This document shows, one piece after another, positions 25,147 through 33,051 of a stretch of DNA of 33,051 bases. The translations under genes were made by a program, and so were the position numbers. Position 1 is the stretch's first letter; every line of letters starts with the position of its first letter. Below the pieces are notes generated by a model. It did not search any database and was not told the DNA's origin. It saw only the letters and a program-made list of their open reading frames with translations. This stretch comes from Nemertoderma westbladi (lineage: Eukaryota > Animalia > Xenacoelomorpha), in assembly GCA_032718475.1 (NCBI GenBank), contig JAUCBJ010005955.1, positions 1 to 33,051 on the forward strand, given 5' to 3'.

Positions 25147-25881
25147 ACTTTACAGTACTGTATAATTTATTTCATTGCGTCGTGCAGTGTACTTTTGCAT
25201 AACATTATCGTTTGGCATTACGCAGTAATTTTTATTGTTACAATTTTTTTAATTATTCACTCACTCATACACATCACATACATACAGGTATGTAGTTAAA
25301 GTTGTATAATATTAAGGAATGGCCTGCGTGTAGCTTTTATAAAGTAAAAAATTTCATATCTGTAAATTAGCAAAATAGTTAGGAATAGCAATGTGTAGCA
25401 TTTTTAGTTGCTTTAATTTAAAGGAACACATTAATTTATAATATAAAAAGACAATCGAATAATAAAAGCGAATCTTATATGTTAAAGGATTTATTAACCC
25501 TATTAAACCAGGGGGGGGGGGTGAATATGACCCTTCCCGTGGTTTTTTTGTTATAACTCTGAAACAAACGCAGTGGGGGATCTGAAATTTTGTGACTTTT
25601 CCTAAAAATCTATTGTCTTCCTAATAGTGAAAACGGTTTTCGAGTTATATCACCATTTTTTAACCCTACTTCTGGCACTTTTTTTTGAGGCGTTTTTTTG
25701 AAAATTACATTTCATTAAATATGATTTGTAATATCTCTATTTTTGATTTACACCGGTTTTTTGGTGATTGCAATTAGATGGAATTATTCTAAATGATAGT
25801 AATCAGATCACTTTTAAACAGTTTCCAATGGATTTTGCGCCCCAGAAAACCTGTATTGAAAAACAATTAGCCGAAAATTAT

Positions 25882-26964
25882 TGATGTATGACAATTCGGT
25901 CCCGGACAATTCGGTCCGGACAATTCGGTCCCGGACAATTCGGTCCCGGACAATTCGGTCCCAAAACACTAAATAAATGGGACCGAATTGTCCGGGACCG
26001 AATAGTCCGGGACCGAATTGTCCGGGACCGAATTGTCCGGGACCGAATTGTCCGGTACCGAATTGTCGGGGACCGAATTGTCCGGTTCCTGATTGCAGCT
26101 TTTTAGTGCTTTTTTGATATTGGTGAATGTTCTAGAACATTAGTAGAGATATTTTTTTTTATGGTAACTAGTGTTATTTACTAGCTAGAATTTTTTGAAA
26201 TTTTAAAAATACTATACTTTTTTTTATTTTTGTTATTAGTAAGTGTTCGAGAACATTATTATATATTATTTATTAAGGTGTAGCTAGTGTTTTTCCTTGA
26301 AATTATAAATAAACTTGTAAAACATTGATATTTCAGAGTTAGGCCTATAAACTGTTGCTGATTATATTAATTACCAAAAATATTGATGATATTATAACAG
26401 TCCCCGAATGAGATCCAGCTATTATCTAGGATAATCAGTTTTACACATTTTAAATACATACTATTACTAGCTAGTAAATAATTCACAAGCTCCATAAAAA
26501 CACCATAATAGCTACCATAACTAATAATGTTAACAAAATAAAGTACAATTTTTTTATTTTCAAAAAAAATACTAGCTAGTAAAAAAAACACTAGCTACCA
26601 TATAATATTATCTTTTAAGGTTCTAGAATATTCACCATTATATAGTGCAGTAGTACCAATTAAATTTGGTCCCGGACAATTCGATCCCGGACAATTTGGT
26701 CCCGGACAATTCGGTCCCGGACAATTCGGTCCCGGTCAATTCGGTCCCAGACAATTCGGTCCCGGACAATTCGGTCCCGGACAATTCGGTCCCGGACAAT
26801 TCGGTCCCATTAATATGCATGTTTTGGGACTGAAATGTCCTAGTCAGTATCCGGACATTTCGGTCCCAAAACACAAAAAACATGGGATCGAATTGTCCAG
26901 GTCCGAATTGTCCGGGACCGAATTGTCCGGATCGAATTATCCGGGACCGAATTGTCCTGCTTCC
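25882..26964. mobile_element. 1083-bp composite form of the foldback MITE
   Basis: Has the same GAAAATTAT TSD (25873-25881 and 26965-26973). Two blocks of 15-bp repeats (25882-26089 and about 26665-26964) enclose about 570 bp of extra DNA. Confidence 0.85.
26122..26636. mobile_element. Old MITE-like element with about 100-bp diverged inverted ends, inside the composite
   Basis: Left end GGTGAATGTTCTAGAAC..ATGGTAACTAGTG..TTACTAGCTAG mirrors right end CTAGCTAGTAA..CACTAGCTACCAT..GTTCTAGAATATTCACC. A 3-bp ATT TSD is possible. Confidence 0.65.
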
Positions 26965-27589
26965 GAAAATTATAACTTTCAAATTTTATGAAAATTGTTC
27001 ACTACTTGTAATTTTGGTGCAGCAAAATAACCACCCCAATACTCAATTCAATACTCAATACTCTAATACAATTTCGGTCGGTTTCGTACAGTTGTGTAAA
27101 TAAGGTACTTATATTGTACCAGCAAAATTGGTATTAAAAATGGTTAAATTATTAGACAAATTTCCGTTGCTCTGGAAACTAAATTGGCAACCATATAGAA
27201 GTGCATACTTCTGTCAATCGATAGTCATTAGAGTAAAGTTTGTCTGTACCAAATTTGGAGAAAATCCCACCAATAGACCCCTTGTTGCTATGTACAAACC
27301 ATGTTGCTAAGGAAAGAAACAGGAAATTGAAGGTGATCCGCATAATATATTTTTATAGACTTTTGTGGGGGTATTAACAAGGTAATGTAGAATAAAAAAA
27401 AAACCAGAATAAGTACCTGAATAACGACATTATATTCCCTGTATGTAGATAGATTTATTTTAAATATTAAGGTACAACCAGGAATAAAATTGATATCAAT
27501 GCAATACTATATAATAAGACTACTTTAGTCGGCCTGGTGCATTGCAGCTGCACAGCACAATGAGATCCTACGCGGGCTTAACAAAAATT

Positions 27590-28860
27590 AGTGCCCTCGC
27601 CATATAATCCACAATGAGGTTGCTGCAATGCAGCGGCTTATCGACGAAATTATGCCGCCATAACTCCCTACCACTCTTGACTTCGCGAGATTATCCGAGA
27701 AAGTCATGGGTTGCCCACCAGGCTTATTTTCAAAATGGGGTTGCCAAAGCACAAGATTATGCGCTGGGTGGTCCTCACGGCGAAAGCAATTACCTGTAAA
27801 GCGGAGGCGGCTTTGTTCTAGTGTCAAGCTTGGGGCAACCAATGAGACACCTCTAAAGTTATATAGTGTCTGGTTGGAGATGTGTGCATTGTACTTGACA
27901 CAGTGAACCCGACGTAGCATTCTTGAGAGATTTGGTGTATTCAGCAGACCAGCATGGACTTCAATATATAGGAGTACAGGTTCTACTGCTGCTCTAAAAT
28001 AATCCAACCCTAAGTCTCCGACGTCATGCTTCCCAAATCCTGGTCACCCCATTCACTGCTGGCAGACCATGCGCCATTCCTATACGTATTCGAATACAAC
28101 TAGGCCTACTACTAGGTCGAGCGAACTCGGACAGTGGAAATGAGATCCTTCCAGGCTTCCCGATTCTCCAGTTGTCGCAATTTCGTTTCTCCCAAGTTCA
28201 GTATCCCTTTCAAGTTGATCTATATATGTTATGGCCGGTCGTCCACGACTACGCTTTCCATGAGTTGGTTGCCAGAGAAGTAGATCTGGTATGACCTCGT
28301 CTTTACTTCGCCAGCAGTGCCCACTGAATCTTAATCTGCGTTCACGGAGGGTGGTTGATACAGGTGGTATTGTACCATAAAGCTCGGCGTTTGTCATGTG
28401 TTGTCTCCAGCTGATGTTTAGGGCTGCCCTTAGTAGTCTTGTGTAGCAACCATCAATTCGTTGTTCAAGTGATTTAGTCAGTGTCCAGATCTCACCCCCG
28501 TATAAAAATACACTTTCCACTGTGGCTCGAAAGAACTTAGTCTTCAGGTGCCTGGAGAGATCTGATTTCCAGGTGGTATCATTTTTGATAGAGCTACCCA
28601 AGCCTTTGCTTTCCTAACTTCTATGTCCTTTTTGCTACTCTCTATCCATGATCCAAGGTACTGGAAGTCGTCAACCTTCCTTAGTTGATTATTATCAATG
28701 GTTGTCAAGTTTCCATCAACGTTAAAGGTCATGAATTCGGTCTTTGTAGCATTTATATGCACCATCGAATAAGACCTACTATAATAGTAGGCCATGCCTC
28801 ACCTTATTTCCACTTCCGGATCCAAGGTAGCAGAAGTCATCCACATGTTCAAGCACACCG
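27590..28860 (-). mobile_element. Nested RTE-clade LINE 3' fragments (two families)
   Basis: Inner piece (about 28100-28765) encodes VDDFQYLGSWI, FFRATVESVFLYG, RLRFSGHCWRS and GRPAITYIDQL and ends in a TAGTAGTAG tail. Outer pieces encode HVDDFCYLGS (about 28815-28855) and FRAAVEPVLLY...RLRFTGNCFR (27590-28070). Confidence 0.88.
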
Positions 28861-28921
28861 TTAATATTTCAATTATCAATTCATTAACATTCACATAACA
28901 ATATCGTTCGTTATTAATATT

Positions 28922-28983
28922 AAAACATCATAATATAATCAAAACATCATAATATAATCAAAACATCATAATATAATCAAAAC
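28922..28983. repeat. 19-bp tandem repeat, 3.3 copies, in or near the SSNA1 3' UTR
   Basis: AAAACATCATAATATAATC at 28922, 28941 and 28960. Confidence 0.85.
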
Positions 28984-29113
28984 ACAACAATGATATGTGC
29001 AAACTTTTAGTTCAATTCAAAGAATATTTATATTGAAATACAAAATTATATACAAATAATATATAAAAACTATGAGCTTATAGAGTACCTGTGAATTTAA
29101 GCTAATAACAAGT

Positions 29114-29206
29114 TCAGGAAGAACTCTGAACGCCGGAACCTTTATCCTTAGTCGCCCCACCTTCGCGCTTTAATACCGTCAGCAAAGTTTGAGAAGATTC
29201 CAAAAT
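29114..29206 (-). CDS. SSNA1: SSNA1/NA14 (DIP13) exon 3
   Basis: Acceptor TTTGTAG, then ILESSQTLLTVLKREGGATKDKGSGVQSSS*. ILESSQTLL.VLKRE is the conserved SSNA1 C-terminal motif. Confidence 0.95.
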   Translation of the reverse strand: MLESSQTLLTVLKREGGATKDKGSGVQSSS

Positions 29207-30739
29207 CTACAAATAATGTGGATATTACATTTTTACCAATATCAACCAATATATATAGACGGACAATAATAAGCATTGTAATAAGCGATATCAGCCGTAC
29301 TACATACACAACCTCCGGTACCACCTGTGATTGGTTAGGATTATGGAATTGAGTGTTCATTTGGATTTATTTAAATATTTATCAAATCATCTCAATTAGG
29401 TACCATAATTATGATAACGTCACAAAAATATACCGAAATCATATAATCTCTTATTAATAATACAATAAATTGAATAAGCAAATAACAAAATTTCAGTCAC
29501 AGTAGAAAGGTACCAAAGTCGTACCGGTATTGGTGGGAAATCCCACCAAGAACCTTTAGGCCTTAAAGCTAAGCCGGAGGAATGGTAACTACGACAACGT
29601 GACATTCGATCAAGGATAACATGGATATATGGGATGGCATACCTGTATGGAGGAAGCAACCGACAGTGTATGGGACATTATCGCAAGAAAACGGAGAATG
29701 GTTTATATCAATGGCTTCAATAATGGAAATTCAAGAATGCCGAGAAAGTTATTTATTTATTCCTTTCGATGGTAAAATAATATTACTAATAATCTGCCCA
29801 AAGAACACTTAATCTACTGTGGCAGAATTCCGCCATATTTATTTAAAAAATATAAAAAGCAGGAATTTTTGGACGTCCAAAAATGAATTTAGCAGTCCAC
29901 TAAATTTAGTGGGCCGACTTTGTATTTACTTGTAAACTGGTTGTTATTTTGTCAGTTACACTCTCCATGCTTTTTTTTTTATCAATGATGACATCAATCA
30001 ACGATTTTTTCATGGAAAAATCAAGCAGCAGTGCTCAGACTACGTAAACTGCGATGGTAAAATACTAATAAGATGATGGGGGTTACTGTGTTTGAAGTCA
30101 ACATATTGAAATGGCATACTCATCAAAAAATGAAATATAAGTTTGAATAAAGTGCAATATACTGTACATTTTGGTTGGATATAATATTGAATTTAAATTC
30201 ATTTTTTTAAATTTCTGTAAGACTACCTGTCGGTCTCTCCGACTGTCTGTATGTCCAAATAAAATGTAAAGCACACACACCATGTAGCTAAAAGTACATT
30301 GCATTACATTTACATTGATGTCACGTCTGCAATAGCGACTGGTATGGGGGTTTTCCTGGGCAGGGATTTCTTTTTCCAATGTCTGTTTTTTTTTACATTT
30401 GATGGGTTCCAACTGTGTGTCTGTCGATCTGGCGGTCGGTTAAATTTCGAAGGACAGACCGACAGACGAACAGACAGGCACTGTGCCATCAAATTTTAAA
30501 AATGGCTTCAGAAATATTATCTAGTATTTAGAAATGAAAAAAAAATATATATTTAACTGTACGTACGTAAACGGTCCCTCAACCCATGCGTTACTAATAT
30601 TATTACTTTATATTACTATTAGATACTTTATATTATTATCAAGTTATTTATATTAATACTTTATTATTTAAATTATAAGTAATTAAACAGGACTAAGGAT
30701 GATACAACTCTATAGCAAATGGAGCTGAAAAAATGAATT

Positions 30740-30811
30740 CGCCACCAGCGGGGATCGAACCCGCGTCTCCCGATAAACGTTCAGGTATGCTAACCACTAC
30801 ACCACGGAGGC
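30740..30811 (-). ncRNA. tRNA-like Pol III unit (left arm)
   Basis: Reverse complement of 30910-30981. A box, B box and T6 terminator are present. Confidence 0.6.
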
Positions 30812-30909
30812 TCCTGCATCTTTCCGATTGATTTGCTATAGGTGGTAAGCTACCTTACGATCAAATCAATCGGAAAGCAATCAAGCAAATCAATCGGAAA
30901 GATGCTGGA

Positions 30910-30981
30910 GCCTCCGTGGTGTAGTGGTTAGCATACCTGAACGTTTATCGGGAGACGCGGGTTCGATCCCCGCTGGTGGCG
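30910..30981 (+). ncRNA. 72-nt tRNA-like Pol III unit (right arm); non-canonical, nominal anticodon GTT
   Basis: Acceptor stem GCCTCCG/TGGTGGC (one T-T mismatch), A box TGGTGTAGTGG, anticodon stem CCTGA/TCGGG, T arm GCGGG-TTCGATC-CCCGC, then AATTCATTTTTT. The loop ACGTTTA lacks U33 and purine 37. Confidence 0.6.
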
Positions 30982-31269
30982 AATTCATTTTTTCCGCTCC
31001 ATTTGCTATAGAATTGGATCATCCTTAGTCCTGTTTAATTACTTATAATTTATACAATCTATGGATGTTAAACACATATACAAATACTTTTTATCATTTA
31101 TATTATTATATCTACCGACCCAATATTTACCAGTCACCACCTCCTGTGTAAATAAAACACATTAATGGCCCATATACGGGCTCTTTATTATTTAAATAGA
31201 TTATAATCCTGAAAATTAAACGTAAAACAGAAAATTAAATGGGTGACTCCCCTGTAGAGAAATATATCA

Positions 31270-31697
31270 GTTTACAGGGTTGGGGTGAAACTTATCATTG
31301 GCGTTAACAATAGAAGCAGCACATTTATCCTCAGGATAGTAGAATTCATAAGCAGCTAGGCCTATAGTTGTTGGATGAAAAACAGGTAAAGCCAAAGAAA
31401 CATTCCGTTTATTATTACCGAAATGTGTCGAAGAGTAAGTCAACTTGGGAGCCAGCCGTAGATGCGAGGAAGTACAACTATCCCGTTCCTCAATCTGGTA
31501 TAAACGTTTCTATTTCATGACACCTGGAGGAACTGTATATACTGTGCCACTGAGAGTGTATTAGAATGGTTTAATAATCTTGAACCATCATCCCATTATG
31601 CAAGGTTGTTTCTAATGTTCTTCAGAATATGAACCGGGTTATACAATAAGTATGGCGCATTAATAGCAGAACTTAACAATTTCTTATAAGCCACCAC
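31270..31697 (-). pseudogene. Degenerate P-element/THAP9-superfamily transposase fragment
   Basis: Manual translation of the minus strand gives VVAYKKLL..LLYNPVHILKNIRNNL, matching the P-type D-x-x-H-L-L-K-N-I-R-N-N motif with D>N. After a frameshift and stop it continues HLRLAPKLTYSSTHFGNNKRNVSLALPVFHPTT...DKFHPNP. Not in the ORF track. Confidence 0.8.
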
Positions 31698-31718
31698 ACA
31701 CGTCCATAAATGGATGGC

Positions 31719-31983
31719 CATAAATTAATTTTTGGATGTCCATAAATTAGTTTTTGGACGTCCATAAATTAGTTTTTGGACGTCCATAAATTAGTTTTTG
31801 GACGTCCATAAATTAGTTTTTGGACGTCCATAAATTAGTTTTTGGACGTCCATAAATTAGTTTTTGGACGTCCATAAATTAGTTTTTGGACGTCCATAAA
31901 TTAGTTTTTGGACGTCCATAAATTAGTTTTTGGACGTCCATAAATTAGTTTTTGGACGTCCATAAATTAATTTTTGGACGTCC
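31719..31983. repeat. 22-bp tandem array, 12 copies, continuous with the right TIR
   Basis: Unit CATAAATTAGTTTTTGGACGTC starts at 31719, 31741 and so on to 31961. Unit junctions form the palindrome TGGACGTCCA. Confidence 0.97.
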
Positions 31984-32326
31984 AAAATTCCCTGCTTTTT
32001 ATTTTTTTTAAATAAATATGGCGGAATTCTGCCACAGTAGCCCACAGAACACTGAATCAGAATAGTTAATTGAGCATTGTTGTGAACATAATTTGATTTG
32101 AATCAAATTTCCCTCCAGTTCTTTATGTAACAAGAAAATAGAAACATTTTATTGAATTTCAACAATCAAAACTTTAAACGCATTTATTTCAAAATGATAT
32201 TTTTTTTCCTTAGTCCTTCTACTGTGACCATCACATATGAGTGAGTATGACAGGTATACTTTATACTACCAGTGGCTGTCTGGTATCTGGCAGTCTATAT
32301 GCACCTCTCCACACTCTGAGACTCAC

Positions 32327-32526
32327 CTTCATATAAGCGGCCTCCGTCTCAGAGATTATCTTATCGAACTCGTTTCGCGCCCCCATCCGTTTACTCAAAC
32401 TTTCGTTTACTTTCGCTAATCTCTCGGAAAGTATCCGGATATCGTTTTGTATTTTCGATTTCTCCTCTTCCTCCACTAGTATTTGCTTCTGGAGTTCGTC
32501 GCGTTTCGTACACAGGTCTTCGATAC
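32327..32526 (-). CDS. SSNA1: SSNA1 exon 2
   Basis: Acceptor TTTTAG, donor GTGAGT, 200 nt. Encodes (C)IEDLCTKRDELQKQILVEEEEKSKIQNDIRILSERLAKVNESLSKRMGARNEFDKIISETEAAYMK, a coiled coil matching SSNA1. Confidence 0.96.
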
Positions 32527-32852
32527 CTAAAAATAATAATATTGCATTTCTGAGAGCTGAATAATAAATAATCTTATTTTTATTTTTAAGTAACCAACGT
32601 CGTATAAGTTTCAAAATTGAGTTATTCGAATGGAACGACGTTTAAACATTTTCAGATCGCTTCTCCTTCCGGTAATACCAGAATACAGTAATACTGTAAT
32701 CAAATATATAATTAGAATACAAACATCGTCGCTCATTTAGTCCAAATTGTTTTCTGGTGAACAACCCCACTTTTACAATCAGTAAACTGGTAAACAATAA
32801 AAAAACTTGTACCAATACTACCGGTACTAATATGTAATACTGTAATACTCAC

Positions 32853-32904
32853 ATTTCACCAATTCATTGTTATACCCCTGAAGGGCGGCCCCTTGTTGCG
32901 ACAT
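32853..32904 (-). CDS. SSNA1: SSNA1 exon 1
   Basis: ATG at 32904. Encodes MSQQGAALQGYNNELVK plus T|GTGAG. The three exons total 52+200+93 = 345 nt, giving 114 aa plus stop in frame. Confidence 0.96.
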
Positions 32905-33051
32905 TGTTTATCTAGGCAAGCGATACAACACCGGTTACAGACATATAAATAGTACCGGTACAGGTAAATAGTAGCAATAAGCCTAAGGCTGTAAGGTAAT
33001 ACAGTAATAGCTGAATAGTCCGACTGTCAGATAGTTCTTGCAGTATTGGTA

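Larger units (their letters stand above)
24153..27090 (+). repeat. Direct segmental duplicate of 18044-20038
   Basis: Similarity starts at ATACATGAATATAGTGAGCAATA (18044/24153) and ends at TTCGGTCGGTTTCGTACA (20038/27090). It includes only the right part of the 17689-18290 MITE (24153-24410) and the left part of the piggyBac-like element (25498-27090). Confidence 0.95.
30669..31052. repeat. 384-bp near-perfect inverted repeat (169-bp arms, 46-bp spacer)
   Basis: 30669-30837 is the reverse complement of 30884-31052 with about 4 mismatches. Confidence 0.95.
29814..32040. mobile_element. 2.2-kb TIR element in SSNA1 intron 2 with a 17-19-bp flanking direct repeat
   Basis: TIRs are about 77 bp: CTACTGTGGCAGAATTCCGCCATATTTATTTAAAAAA..AAAAAGCAGG..TTTTGGACGTCCAAAAAT. 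Flanks are CCCAAAGAACACTTAAT (29797-29813) and CCCACAGAACACTGAAT (32041-32057). Confidence 0.88.

Noticed and set aside
19635-27103. ORFs with RTIRS/GQFGP/RDRIV/GTELS repeats
   Set aside because: These are translations of the 15-bp MITE subrepeat in different frames.
27100-27330. Possible Helentron-like fragment (TGTACCAAATTTGG), and GACA-rich inverted pieces at 30225-30480
   Set aside because: Only short motif resemblance with no definable ends, so they were not called.
30690-30732. Hammerhead ribozyme in the palindrome arms (CTAAGGATGA...GAAA)
   Set aside because: The core departs from CUGANGA and I could not build convincing flanking helices by eye. A covariance-model search is needed.
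30910-30981. Functional tRNA-Asn(GTT)
   Set aside because: It has no U33, a pyrimidine at position 37 and an acceptor-stem mismatch, and its body is unlike eukaryotic tRNA-Asn.
32261-32614. 117-aa single-exon ORF
   Set aside because: Only 32327-32526 is coding (SSNA1 exon 2); the rest is intron read-through.

Overview
AT-rich, intron-containing, repeat-dense eukaryotic DNA, most likely from an invertebrate animal (inferred from the Msx and SSNA1 genes and the transposon types). The left half holds two related satellites: about 188 copies of a 63/64-bp unit (1-11904) and a 28-bp satellite with nested higher-order repeats (11905-15878). All ORF-track calls there are artefacts of the repeats. 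The right half carries the last two coding exons of an Msx homeobox gene (+ strand), a near-identical tandem duplicate of those exons 6.1 kb downstream, and a complete three-exon SSNA1/NA14 gene (- strand). Between them lie many mobile-element pieces: MULE-like and piggyBac-like MITEs, a Helentron-like element, RTE LINE fragments, a poly(A) retro-insertion and a tRNA-derived head. The most unusual object is a 2.2-kb TIR element in SSNA1 intron 2. It is flanked by a 17-19-bp direct repeat and carries a degenerate P/THAP9-type transposase fragment, a 384-bp palindrome made of two divergent tRNA-like Pol III units, and a 22-bp tandem array grown out of one TIR. All calls were made by eye; no database searches were run.
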